Shown: positions 37,619 to 50,375, counted from the first letter of the stretch. The stretch: 64,000 bases of DNA from Narcine bancroftii (GCF_036971445.1 NC_091475.1:5518001-5582000), one strand, 5' to 3'. Made by a program: numbers and translations. Notes: generated by a model not told the origin, from the letters alone.

Positions 37619-37783
37619 CTTTGCTTATTTAGAATTTTTTCAAGTTTAGCATCCTCTGCAGACTGCAATGCTGGAGTTGATGTGAGAGGACAAACTGAAG
37701 CCAAATACTGGACCAGTTGCACATGTTGTCCAGGTCGAAATGACCGTCCTTTCCCTTGACTGTATAGCCACTCTGCTTTGAGG
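37619..37783 (-). CDS. CEP97: CEP97 exon 7 (165 nt)
   Basis: ttttcag acceptor and GTAAAA donor. Translation [56 protein letters not shown]. Confidence 0.97.
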
Positions 37784-38860
37784 CTGAAAAAAGACAAAAT
37801 AGGTTCTCCAGTACATTCATGCAAGGCATTCAACAAGTAACAGCTAAATTAACAAATCATTTTACTTCCTTTCTAATGTATTCCTGTGCAAAAATTTTAA
37901 AATCAGTAATAGGGAATGTTACCGTTACAAATAGATGGTCTCAATGGGATACAAAGCACATTGCAGGATCACTTCCTGGATACAGGCTACAAAACTTCAA
38001 AATTATTAGTCAACATTCCATTCTCAGATCTATTGGGGATTGACAATAAATGCTGGCCTCAGTAACATAAAAATAAAATTCAGTTCTAATCTGTTTTTGT
38101 AAAAATAGTGGGATTTGGAATATTTCTAGAATTCATTGATTACCTTCACCTGCAATAGAGAACAAAGTTTTGCACTGGAGCAGGCCCTTTGGCCCATGAG
38201 GTCTGTGTCAAACACAATGCCAAATTAAATTAAATCTTTTTAGCCTGCACTTGATACATATTCATGTGACTGTCTAAACACCTCCTATCGTATCTACTTT
38301 GACCACTATCTCTGGCAGCCCATTGCAGGCAACTACCACTGTCTGTAAAAAAAAAAAAATTGGTTTCATACATCTCCTTTAAACTTTCCCCTTAAATGTG
38401 TGTCCTCTAGTATTTGACATTTTTAACCCTAAAAAAATTCCATCCAATACTATTAATAGCTCTCATAATTTTACACAAGCCTCCCCTCACGTCTCCAACA
38501 CTCAAGAAAAAACAACACACATTCCTTCTTCTAATCCAGGTAACATCCTGGTAAATCATTTCTGTACCCTTTCCAAAGCCTCCACATTCTTCTTGTAATG
38601 GGACAACCAGAAATGTACACAATATTACAAGTGAGAGTGTTGTGGCATGATTTATATATACTTAAAAAATGCATGTACATAAGTCTGAGACCTCCAGTCA
38701 TTTCAAAATTACTCAAGACATTGGAGATCATTCAGCTCTCAAAGAAATCATTTTGCTTCCTCTCCCCCATAATTTGTTCTCTCATACATACCCATCCATT
38801 TTACATAAGGGGCAATTTATTTAATGAAGTCAATTCATTAACTAGCACCACTTTCAGAAC

Positions 38861-38964
38861 ACAATAACAGAAAGATTGTACAAATTCCACACAGATAGCA
38901 CTGGGGTCAGAAATGAACATCGGTCACTGGAGTGGTGAGACAGATACCCGACCAGTTCTACCCA
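38861..38964 (-). repeat. SINE-derived segment, inverted copy of 36634-36735
   Basis: Direct visual alignment with the partner copy. Confidence 0.9.
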
Positions 38965-39270
38965 CTGTGCTGTCACAATTCAAAGCAATGCAAAAACTCA
39001 GGGAATACAGTTTATTTCATTATAATATATACTTTTAAATATCGATGAACAAGTCATTTAGCATTTTCACTTTTAGACAAGATTTCTTAATATTTAAGGT
39101 ACTTGTTCTTGCTTGAAATGAAAGGAAAACAAATCTTCAATATCGTAACAAACAACTAAAATAAAAAGCTTAGTGTTAACTATGGTTATATAAGAGTTTA
39201 CCTTTAAATCTTTGATTTGAATCAAATCCAGACTTTAGCTTTACTTAACATTGTAATGATACTCAAAATA

Positions 39271-39374
39271 TGGTAGCTTGAAGAAGGGCTCAGGGCCGAA
39301 ACGTTGGTTATACAGTACATCTTTATCTCCTATGGTCACCGCCTGACCTGGGTTCCTCCGGCATTTTTGTGTTT
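39271..39374 (+). mobile_element. Short Penelope-terminal-repeat insertion with hammerhead-like core and 11-bp TSD
   Basis: TACTCAAAATA at 39260-39270 and 39375-39385. Contains CTTGAAGAAGGGCTCAGGGCCGAAACGTT. Confidence 0.75.
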
Positions 39375-39929
39375 TACTCAAAATAAGTTTGGCTGTTTCA
39401 AATTTATTTCAACTGAGTCAAAACCTGAAGCATCAATCCATTCTCAATTCAGCAACAATTGATTCTCATAAATAATTAACACTCCTTCATCATTGGAGTT
39501 GAGAAATTTTCTTGGAACTCAGCAGCCACATTTTATGTTGCATGCAATTATTCCCCAACAAAATTCAGTACAAATCCCTGATTATTACTAGCTCAGTATG
39601 CAAAAATATTCTTCTAGCAAAGAGTCTCATAATAAAATTTTGTTTTTTAATCTATTTTAGAAACAGTGATATTGGATCACATGAAAGTACAATCCACCTA
39701 TTATATGTCTTACCCATTTGCTTGCGTTCCTCCCCTTTCCCTCCCCCCATCTTTTCATTCAGGCATTTGCCTGATGTTCAGCATTCCCGAAGGGCTCAGG
39801 CCAAAACATCAACTGCCTTTTACTTTCTATGGGTGCTGCGTGTTCTACTGAGTTTCTCTAGCACTTTTGTGTACTGTACTGGGACCAAGTATTTGCAGAT
39901 TTTCTAGTTTACCTATAATTGATCAAATA

Positions 39930-40130
39930 CAGTAATCCCCTGGTATCCAGCACCTAAGGGAATTGGTAGATGCTTGATAAGTACATTTTACGGTTGCTTG
40001 AGATTGCATGTTGCGCGATTGGGGAACTGATGGTGAGGCACACTAATTTTAAACTACTGTATTTTTTACTTATTTATTTTGTGATTTTTTTTGCCTGTTG
40101 CTTGAATTCCAGGTAACAGGGGTTTTACTG
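39930..40130. mobile_element. Tc1/mariner (Tigger/pogo-like) MITE
   Basis: TA|CAGTAATCCCCTG...CAGGGGTTTTACTG|TA gives inverted termini with a TA TSD. Related copies at 44283-44445 and 54153-54312. Confidence 0.75.
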
Positions 40131-40241
40131 TATTCTTTTTAAAAATTCAAAGATGTTTTTTTTCCTTATCATGAGTTATTTTTACATGAAGTTATTATGC
40201 AAGACATATTCTAGAGATCTAGAAAGTTTCTATTTATTTAC

Positions 40242-40408
40242 CTTTCTTTCTGTGAGATTACATAACCATCTAAAATCCGTAGAGTTAAACACCAACTGAC
40301 GATATATGGTCTGTAGTCAAATCCAGGAAGGGAGGGTGTTGCCATTACACAAGGATTGTTCATGATTGATAGCTGGTCCAATTCACGAAGGAACCCCAAA
40401 TAGGAAAC
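40242..40408 (-). CDS. CEP97: CEP97 exon 6 (167 nt, LRR cap)
   Basis: Translation [59 protein letters not shown] boundaries. Confidence 0.97.
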
Positions 40409-40734
40409 CTATCATACAAGGAAACCCTGTGGAAATTATCTATCAATTAAATCCATTACAAACCTACTGCTATCTGGATTATACTTTTTTCCACCATGAC
40501 TCTTACAAGGACACAATCCCATTCTCCAAATTCTGCTGCATCCATTCCCAGGATGTGGCCTTGCACTTAGTACATCGAAATGTCCTCTTCAATGAAGATC
40601 GATTCACCATAATTATCATCGATAAAGACCGTACCTGTATCTCCTCCATTTCTTCTGCCCTCAACTGAATCAAGGACAGAGTCCCTTTCATCTTCCCTTT
40701 CTCTCCCATGAGCCTTTGCATCTGACACACAAGT

Positions 40735-41850
40735 GTATGAGACTTGCATCAATTTATTGGAAGGAGTTCTGAGATAAGATATATAGGTATTCTGATAGCC
40801 TTGGGCTGATTTAGGACAGTCAGCATGGCTTTGTGCATGATAGGTAATTTTAACAAACCTTGTGGAGTTTTTCAAGGAAGTTACCAAGAAGGTGGATGAA
40901 GGAAAGGCTGTGGATGTTGTCTACATGAACTTTAGTAAGGCCTTTGATAAGGTCCCACATAAGAGATTTGTTCAGAAGGTGAAGAAACTAGGTATCCATG
41001 GAGAGGTTGTAAACTGGATTCAAAATTGGCTGTGTGGGAGAAAATAGAGTGGTAATGAATGGTTGCTTTTCAGACTAGAGGCAATGTGCCTCAAGAATCT
41101 GTGTTGGAACCAATGTAGTTTATTGTCTAGATCAATGATCTGGGTGATAATGTGGAAAATTGGATCAGCAAGTTTGCTGATGACACAAAGATAGGAGGCG
41201 CTGTGGACAGTGAGGAAGATTTTCAAAGCTTGGTGAGGGATCTGGACTAACTGCGAGAATGGGGCAGTAAATGGCAGATGGAGTTTAATGCAGACAAGTG
41301 TGAGGTGCTGCATTTTGGAAGGGCAAACCAAGGTAGGGCATGCACAGTAAATGGTCGGGCTCTGAGGAGTGTGGAGGAGCAAAGAGATCTGAGAATACAG
41401 ATATATTGTTCCCTGAAGGTGGACAGGGTTGTAAAGAAAGCTTTAGGTATCTTCGCCTTTATAAATTGAAGTATTGAGTATAGGAGCTGAGATGTCATGT
41501 TGAAGTTTTTTTTAAGACATTGGTGAGGCCAAATTTGGAATATTGTGTACAGTTCTGGTCACCTAACGACAGGAAGGATATCAATAAGATTGAAAGGGTA
41601 CAGAAGATTTAAGATGTGGCCACATCTTCAGGAGTGGAGTTACAGGGAAATATTAAATAGGTTAGGATTTTACTCCTTGGAGCAAAGAAGAATGAGGAGA
41701 GATTTGAAAGAGGTTCACAAGATTATGAGAGGTATAGACAATAGATGCGAGTAGGTTTTTTCCACTTAGATTGGAGGAGAGAAGTACGAGAAGATATGAC
41801 TTTAGGGGAAAGGTTTAGGTGAAACATGATGGGAAACTTCTTCACTCAGA
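40735..41850 (+). mobile_element. CR1-clade LINE RT fragment
   Basis: Motifs VDEGKAVDVVYMNFSKAFDKVPH, KFADDTK and MEFNADKCEVLHFGR. Confidence 0.9.
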
Positions 41851-42120
41851 GTATATTTCTGTTTTCACCCCCATCCATGGTCAGGTGAGGCCAAACACAC
41901 TTGAGGAACATATCATGGACAGCCTTAAACCCAACATTAAGAACATTGATTTTTTTTTCCCCCAACTTTAAGTAACCCCCACCCCCATAGAAACCCTACA
42001 CTGCATGTCTTTTTTTTTTTTTTAAAAAAAAAACCTACACCTGTACTTTACCTTTTTCTTCTCCCGTCCAAAAATTTCTCCTTCTACAGGTCTCTCCACC
42101 TCCTGTCCCATACCTCATAT

Positions 42121-42213
42121 CTTTCTTTCTGTGAGATTATACAACCATCTACATCCATATGGTTAAACACCAACTGATGATACATGGTCCAGGAAGGGTG
42201 GGTGTTGCCATTA
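42121..42213 (-). pseudogene. Degraded partial copy of CEP97 exon 6 inside intron 5
   Basis: Aligns to 40242-40347 with substitutions, a 1-nt deletion and a 12-nt deletion. No GT donor. Confidence 0.9.
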
Positions 42214-42603
42214 GACCCCGCCACAGGTTCAATCTCCCTTTATGGAAATAACATCACCCCTTTTTCTCTTCAGTCTTGATAATGTTGACTGAGCATTATT
42301 ACCCATGGATGCTGTTTAACCTGCTGAGTTCTTTCTGCACTTCTTTGTTTGCTCAATCAATCATGCAATGTATTTTGTGATTTAAGGCAAGATTTGCTAA
42401 ATGCAATGTGATAAATTGCATTTTAAGATAATTAAAGGTCCCCCTTAAATTAGATTTTATAATGCAATGTGTGATTATTGCTTTAAATTCTGAAAATTGA
42501 CCAGGTATTTGCTGTAAACATTATGACTACAAACAAATTCAATCCATATGACTTAAAGAATTGCCTTTCTTTCTTGGTAATTTTAATATCAAATATGGTG
42601 TAC

Positions 42604-42717
42604 CTCATTCAGATCTCTTATTTCGTTCTCTGCAAGGGATAGAATGTTTAATTCTGGAGGAAGATGACTGGAAGCAGAACGGAGTGTAGTGATAGTGTTT
42701 CCATGCAATAGTAGAAT
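42604..42717 (-). CDS. CEP97: CEP97 exon 5 (114 nt, LRR)
   Basis: Translation [38 protein letters not shown]. caacag acceptor and GTACAC donor. Confidence 0.96.
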
Positions 42718-43029
42718 CTGTTGAGTAAAATATATTTACGAGTTACTTTTCCTTAGCATAGTTCCATTCCAAATCTTTTTGAAAATTAGAAAATAATTTG
42801 CTTTGTTCTAATTGCAAGTCATTGTTCACAGCTTAAATAAGTTTGGTGCAAGAAGTGTTGCCCAATTTGAAAGGAATAATATACAAATAACGTGACAGTA
42901 TTTCCATTTCAAGTGTACCAATTGTTTATGTAAATCAAAGAATGTAGCAATGTGTCTAAATGACCATCAGCCAATGGCTCCATTGTGATGTGCATCAAAG
43001 TTAATCATGGCTCCCACAAATCCAGCCTA

Positions 43030-43970
43030 CTACCCACCCTTGACCCCTGGTTCGCATTCTGCCAAAACCTATCAACAACAGATGCCAGCTTAGTCCTATA
43101 CTCAGCCCTGGAATACCTAAACAACAGTGGACATCTACATCAGACGACGATTTAATTGACGATAGCACACCTCTGTGCAATTGGTTGACTTTCTATCCTT
43201 CAAACCATACTATCCTCCACAATCACCTGCAATACAAGGCCACCACAAGGCTGTGTATTCTGTCTTCTGTATTTTCTGTGCACCACATGGTCAAACACTG
43301 CACCAACCTCATGGATAAATTTGCTGATACACCACTGTCAAAGGCAGGATCTCAAACAATGAAATGGAGTACAGAAGAGGGATAGAGAGACTTGTGGCTT
43401 GGTGCCACGACAACAACCCCTCTCTAAATGTCAGCAAGACCAAGAGTGGTTATAGCCTTCTTTAGGAGGGGCATGCAGCTCACTCCCCAGTTCACATCAG
43501 TGGTGTTGAGATGTAGATAGTAGTCAGTATTTAAGTTCCTTGGAGGGTCAGCATCTCCAGTGATATTCCTTGGTTCACCCACATTGCTGCAATGACCAAG
43601 AAACCATCTCCAGTGCCTCTACATCCTCAGAAAACTGAGGAAATATGGCCTGTTACCAGACAGCCTCAACAATTGGATGACACGATTAGCACAACATTAT
43701 CACAGTGGTAGTGACCCAGGTTTGAATTTGACACTGTCTGCAAGGAGTTTGCATCTTCTCCCAGTGCTTGCACAGATTTCCTCCAAGTTCTCCAGTTTTA
43801 AAGACAGATTAGTAGGTTAATTGGTCACTTTGGTTTATTTAGGCACCACAGGCTTTTGGACTAGAAGGGCCTGCTACCGTGCTTCCACCAAATTAAAAAC
43901 TTACACAGCTGCATCATCACTGTGTGGTACAAGAACTACTCCACTCAACACCACAAGAAAAGAATGTTGC
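43030..43970 (+). mobile_element. Degraded Rex1/Babar LINE with a nested HE1-like SINE (about 43680-43890)
   Basis: KFADT and WCHDNN..LNVSKTK remnants. The SINE body reads GGTTTGAAT...GGAGTTTGCATCTTCTCCC. Confidence 0.6.
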
Positions 43971-44668
43971 ACCCAAGAGCAACATTCATGTGCTCTGTGA
44001 TTAGCAAAGGATTGCTTACGGTAGAATGTGGGTGGAAAGAAAAAGTTTGAAAACCACTGTTTTAATCATACCCAAGTGACTCGTTATGTGCACGGTTTCA
44101 TGACTCCAAAGGAAATGGGCCACTGACAATTTTTCTCAATCCAAATATTTCAGTAACAATTGGATCTAGAGCAGTGATTCTCAACTTTCCCTTCCCACTC
44201 ACATACCACCTTAAGCAATCCCTTACCAATCACAGACCACTGATGGCATAGGGATTACTTAAAGTGGCGTGTGAGTGGAAAGCACCTATGGGGATTGGTA
44301 GATACCGGACAAGTGAATTTGCTGGTTGCTTGAGATTGCATGTTGCGTGATTGGTGAACTAATTGCTAGGGGGTGCGGATTTAAACTTTTTTTTTTAAAC
44401 TTTTTTTGCCGGTTGCTTGAATTCCATATATTGGGAATTTTACTGTATACAAATATTTACATGTTGAACTAACCAATTGCTTAAAAAAATATCTTTACCT
44501 TCAACAATAATGAAAACAAAACACATCATATACAAAGACTTCCAGAATCCACAATGCATCTTACAGAATCTACTGACAAAATACAAGGAAAAAAAATAAC
44601 ATTCTATTAAGTACTAATTTGAACAAACATTTTCTTACTCCAACTGGAGAACTGTCTACACACATTAC

Positions 44669-44770
44669 CTTTAGCAACAGGAGTTTTGATAGATCACCTA
44701 TCAGAGAAATGTTATTGTCTGATAAATCCAAATGTCGAAGTGATAAGCAGCCACTAATCGCTTCCACAGT
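44669..44770 (-). CDS. CEP97: CEP97 exon 4 (102 nt, LRR)
   Basis: Translation TVEAISGCLSLRHLDLSDNNISLIGDLSKLLLLK. tttcag acceptor and GTAATG donor. Confidence 0.96.
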
Positions 44771-45029
44771 CTGAAAGAAGAAAAAGCAAGATACAAGAAA
44801 ATTGTTGAAGGCTGCACAGTTGACAAAGATTTGAGCAAAGCCTTTGATAGGGTCCTGCCTGAATTGGATCTGAAATAAGTTTGGTTTTAGAAGAGCGAAG
44901 GTTTTTGGTGCAGCTGATCTTTTATTTTTGGGACAGTTACGCAGCATAGTATTTTTCCTGATGAATCGAAAGTGCAATAAATTTGAGATTTTCCTACACC
45001 TGTTACATTTGACCAATTACGACTTTTTT

Positions 45030-47160
45030 TTTTAGGGATGATGTATTTCTATTGCCATTTCCTGGCAAATGCTGCAGCATCTCTATTACCCCTTACTGAA
45101 CAACAAAAAGGATCTGACAAGTCAGTTTCCTAAAGACCACCGAATTTGGGAGACAATGCTGATCATGCTTTCAACTATGTGAAGACTGCACTTGCGAATG
45201 CCACAATGTTTGTACATCAAAAGCCCAATGCTTTGCTCTTTCTTACCACAAATGCCTCCATCAATGCCATGGCAGCAGTGTTTGAACAATGGGCAATTGA
45301 AACTTTTTTTTCAGCCAAGCTGTCACCGGCTCAGACAAAGTATAGTACATTTGGTTGAGAACTCCTAGCCATCTATCTTGCAGTGAAATGTTTCCGGTTT
45401 TTATTGGAAAGTCGCCCTTTCACCATTTATACAAACCACCAGCCTCTTGCACTTACCACAAGTACAAGTGCACATATCGCCTCTCCTTGAGGAAGGACTT
45501 CAATTTTCATCGGACATACGGCACATCCGAAGGAATGCGAATGCCGTGGCCGACACCCTGTCCAGGAAAGACATTGATGCCTTACATCAACTGCCATGGC
45601 TTGTGCACAGCACATCAATCCCGACCTCGTCCAGTAACACTGGATCAACTCTGGTCTCCATCTAAAAAGATGCGAGCCTGGATGAATCAGGTGAAACAAT
45701 GGTCTGCAATTTTTCTACAGGAAGACCTAGTCCTTTTGTGCTAGCAGCAATGAGGTGGGAGATTTTTGAGACTCTTCATAATGTATCTCATCCTGGTAGA
45801 AGAGCATCGATCAAGCTGATTATGGAATGTTTTACCTGGATTCATGCTAAACGGGATGTTGTATTATGGGGAAGGACATGCTTGCTGTGACAACATTCTA
45901 AAGTCCCGATTCCATCACGTGCACCTGGACTCGGTAGGCCTGCTTTCACCATCCAGAGGATATACTTATCTGCTCACGTGTGAGGACCAAACTACCAGGT
46001 GGGAGGTTCTGTCACTGACATCTCTGCAGAGACAATTGCTAGGGCTTTCATGGATCATTGGATTCTATCTTTCGTGTTCTGGGTACTATAACAATGGACA
46101 GAGGGTCTCAGTTCAAGTCGGCGTTGTTCCAAGTCATTGATCTTTTGGGCACTACCCGTATTCAGACCACGGCTTACCATCCACAAGCCAACGGCCTCAT
46201 TGAGCATTTCCACCTCCAATTAAAAACATTGTTGACAGCATATAGCGATACATCTAGGTGGAGTGAACGTTTATCCATGGTTCTCCTTGGCGTGCATACT
46301 GCTGTAAAGGCACATCTTGAATGTTCAGCGGCAGATATGGTATATGGCACCATGTTGATTTTGCCCAGCGAGTTTGAATCGGAGTCCAGGGACAGTGCTC
46401 TATGATCCGGTGAGTTATGCCAATAGTCTTTGGGAAAACATGAGATTACTCAGACCTACTCCTACACAACATGCATCACCTTCAGTATATGTGCAAGATA
46501 ATTTACAACACTTCATGCATACTGTTTGACAACCACTTATTCCTGTTTAAAAAAAAAAGCCCTTACAACACCACCAGAAGACTTTTGTGATTGACAGAAA
46601 TGGGAAAGCTGACACGGTCTTCATCAACAGGTTGAAGCAGTGCATATCGATGGTCCATGTGCTGCATTGGTGCCAGGGTCAGAGTGTAAATCGCTTGCCT
46701 TGCAGTATCATTCGAGTTTGGGCTGGACTGTCAGACCTGCAGACTGTTACGTAGTGGGACATGTCTGATCATTCGCCTCCTTGCATGGCTCAGAAGCCTG
46801 GCGGGGGTTTGCGGGGGGGGGGGAGGGGGGCAGTCGTGGTCACGTATTTACCTTCATTGGGAGCTTTCCCGCCACTGCTGCTGATGTAACACGCAGGAGT
46901 AATAGCACGCATGCACGGGTTAGTTAAGGCTGTAAGCAAGGGATGGATCTCGGATGCTGGAGGAGGAGTGAGACCATCAAGATCATCCAGACAGCGGATG
47001 TAAAGGTCAGAGGGGTTTGGCTGGGTAGTGTTTGGGAGAGATGAAGAATTCAGTGTTGTGTCTGAAGGAAATAAAGAGAGCCAACTCTATTTTGTGCTGA
47101 AAGAAATGAGTGAATGTATTCTTTAATTGTGCGTAAACTGGGTAAATTACTGTGGCTAGA
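45030..47160 (+). mobile_element. Gypsy LTR retrotransposon 3' half (RNase H, integrase, PPT, probable 3' LTR about 46835-47160), degraded
   Basis: Motifs FFSAKLSPAQTKYSTF, RFHHVHLD.VG.L..SRGYTYLLTC and TTAYHPQANGLIE.FH.QLK. G-rich PPT at 46812-46830. Confidence 0.85.
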
Positions 47161-48645
47161 GTCTCTCCAGCATAATAATCTTATTTAATTGATACCACCA
47201 CCCTGACAACTTTTATTTTGTGATATGAATTGCTATTCTCCAACTTTTCAGCCTTGTTTCAGTCACTGCCACTTCATTACATTCCCGTTTAACTATTTAT
47301 CCATGCAGCAGACCAACCTGTATTCATCCCACTTTGCGTATTTATATTTGTTTGCTAATCTAATGTTCTTTACTTTTCCCATTCCATTGTCCACCCTGCA
47401 TCTCTTTTCCAAAGCTACAAACTGGTGTTCATTCTAATCCCAATTTAAACTACTGCAGCATACTATTTCAGTTACTGGGTATTGGACTATTATTCAATGG
47501 AGATGATCTCAAATTCCATCAGAATATTAATTTTCAAATACTTTTTGGGGTAGAGAAGCTTAAACTGAACTTGAATTGAGCCCTAATAATAATGCGGATT
47601 ATGCTACATTTCTTTACAAATCTAAAATCTTTTATTAGGAGATTTTAAACTAGACGACTATAATCTACATATTTATAGTAGAGCTTTACCCGCCCACCCC
47701 CCAAAAAGGGAATGAGGAGCTAAAAGACCTCAGCTGGAGAAGAATCAGATTCAGGGTCATTTGGAAAAGGTCAAAGTTCTAGAAAGGGGCTCCCAATGGG
47801 CCTAGGGCACTGAAGGCTTCCTGATCAGGTCGGAGGTTTGGACCTACAACTTGGGAGCCAATAGCTTGAACAGGAGTCTGTGCGGCTGGAGAGGCTGCGG
47901 TGACGCTGGAGGCGAATCCACACACATTCAGTGCCTCTGAAGGGACACTCTTTTGCTTCTCTTCCTCCTATAGTTGGGAGCACCTGACAATGCTCATGGC
48001 AACTCTGTTTGCCTTAAGACAGACAAAAGTTGAAGTACACGATATGCATTAGATTTTTATGTATTATTATATGACAACGAAAGGAACCTTGAACCTCTGC
48101 CATATTTATCCATATTTCCTTCAGATATCAAAGATTACCTAGTATAAAAATAAAGTGCTGGATTAAGATTCCAGTGAACAAGTTAATGGATAAATAGCTA
48201 TTGACCATTTTGAAAAACCAAAAAGATTGGGGGAAAATAATTCAATATTTAACTGATGATCTGTTTAAATTCTCCTCTCAACATCTCATCACCCCCTCAC
48301 AATTTCAAGTTCTCTAAAGTTGGTGGATCTCGACTCTTCCCCCCCCCCTCACCCCAATGCCATAGGATTACTTAAGGTAGTAGATGAGTGGGAAAACAAA
48401 AGGTTAGGAATCACTGTCTAAACTCTAAAGTAATAACACAATGATTGAAATGATTATATGGGAGTGATAAAGTGGTTTACTCGAAGACCGCTGGCATTTC
48501 TGTGATATCAATGGCATAATGTGGTTGTATGACATGATAAACAAAATTCTATTGCACATGCAAGTCATGAAATTGAAAAAAGAAACTATTCAGAATGTAA
48601 CCATTTTATCAACAATTCAAATTGACCCAAGCACATGTGCAGTAC

Positions 48646-48804
48646 CTTGATGTTGTTGCCCGCTAAATTGAGCCATTCTAGATGGATTAAGTCCTTGAGG
48701 CCTTCAATGTTTCCAATGCTGTTGTTAGGCAAATTTAAAACTTGCAAATTGACAAGCTTTGCCACACCAATCATCCGGACTAGACGATTGTTGGCTGCAG
48801 ATAA
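48646..48804 (-). CDS. CEP97: CEP97 exon 3 (159 nt, LRR)
   Basis: Translation [57 protein letters not shown] boundaries. Confidence 0.97.
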
Positions 48805-49338
48805 CTAATAGGAAGAAAAAACAAAAACAGTTAGTTTAATACCTGTAGAACATTATGTAAATTTGATTATATTATCGCAGAATTTTCTATCTATATATTT
48901 TCATTTATTCAAAGATTAATTTATTTTAAATAAACTAGCATGGAATTTTCACTTTCCTTTAAAAGCAAATCACTCAATTCACCAACTTTTCCAGGTGACA
49001 GACATAATTAAGAACAACATGCTTTTAAATGAAATGCTGTTGTATGCTAACATTCAATTACTCTTCCAAGACATTCATAAATCAGTATCTAGTGACTGAC
49101 TTTCTCTGATTGTCTTTTATACCCCTGATCCTCAACTCTGATGTTGGCCTGTTATCACAACTCTGATGTTGACCCATTTAATGTAGAGAAACACCTCAGC
49201 CATGAAAATATGAAAATTGACACAGTCAAATAATCAAGTAATTGAAGGCTTGGATAAATAGCTAAATGATTAAAATTGATGAAGATGCCTTTTTGAAAAA
49301 ACTTCCATTTTGAACAAGTACAATCATGCCCCACCTAC

Positions 49339-49481
49339 TTGCACTAGATCACCGCATTTCTCCACATTTTCCAATTTAGTCAGTTGGTTCTTGTCCAAAA
49401 TCAGGGTGAAAATATTTGTTGGGCACAGAGAAACAGTATCAAAATGCTGCAATCCCATCTCCGATAAATCAACCACACAAC
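49339..49481 (-). CDS. CEP97: CEP97 exon 2 (143 nt, LRR)
   Basis: Translation CVVDLSEMGLQHF...IFTLILDKNQLTKLENVEKCGDLVQ. tttaag acceptor and GTAGGT donor. Confidence 0.95.
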
Positions 49482-49834
49482 CTTAAAAAACAAATCAGAA
49501 TTTAAGAACACAATTGTTATTATCCACAACTGGTTTCTTTAGAATGACAATGTATGGTTATATCACAGCAAGGCACATAAAAGTCAAAATTTTATCAAAA
49601 TTCATATCAGAATTATACAAAATTTGTCAAAGCATCATGTATGGAACAGCATAATCAAATGCATTATTATCTATGCAAAAATATCTCACGTAATTAAAAG
49701 TGTAGTGGAGGAATCTTCTTAAAAGGCCAGGCAACACAATGACAAGATCTGGGCAGAACTAATGATCAACATGGCTGGGGCCAAGAATACCTATAGTTGG
49801 ACTCCCAAAGCAGTGATTCTTGGCTTTAAATGCA

Positions 49835-50375
49835 ACAGCAACTGCACTTCCTGAGAAGACTGAAGCAGCAAGGCTACCAGCCACCATTATGTCAACCTTC
49901 TACAGGACCTCGATTGAGAGTGTCCTGGTTGGCTGCATCACTGGTGGTATGGTTGCTGCAGAGAAATGGATCAGAGGTCAATCCACAGGACTATTAAGAG
50001 TGGCAGAGAGAATCACTGGAGTCTCTCTTCACCCCATCCCCCATTGACATGCTCTACCAGGATCATTGTCTGAAGAGGGCACACAAAATCATTGAGGACC
50101 TCTTCCACCCTATACACAGTATCTTTCAGCTGCTCCCATCAGGGAAGAGATACGGAAGGATCAGAGTCAGCACCACCAGGCTGAGGAACAGCTTCTTCCC
50201 ACAGACAATGAGAATGTTGAAAGACCAAAGGAACTGCTCGCACTAGCCATCTTAAAGTCTCATTTGTACAAAACAATATTCATTTATTTTTAGATAAAAT
50301 ACTTGTTCCAGCAAAGACTGGAGAATGCCGTTTCGTTGGGTTATACTCGTACAATCAGATGACAATAAACGACTT
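49835..50375 (+). mobile_element. Rex1/Babar LINE 3' fragment
   Basis: Motifs FYRTSIESVLVGCIT and FQLLPSGKRY...TTRLRNSFFP. Confidence 0.8.

Larger units (their letters stand above)
40420..42360 (+). mobile_element. Penelope-like element remnant split by a CR1 insertion (about 40735-41850)
   Basis: YLDYT..H..SYKDTIPFSKF..IHSQD (Penelope RT C-terminal region) at 40470-40560. Penelope tail GATGCTGTTTAACCTGCTGAGTTC at 42309-42335. Confidence 0.6.

Noticed and set aside
42121-42213. Mutually exclusive alternative CEP97 exon 6
   Set aside because: The copy is partial, frameshifted and lacks a GT donor.
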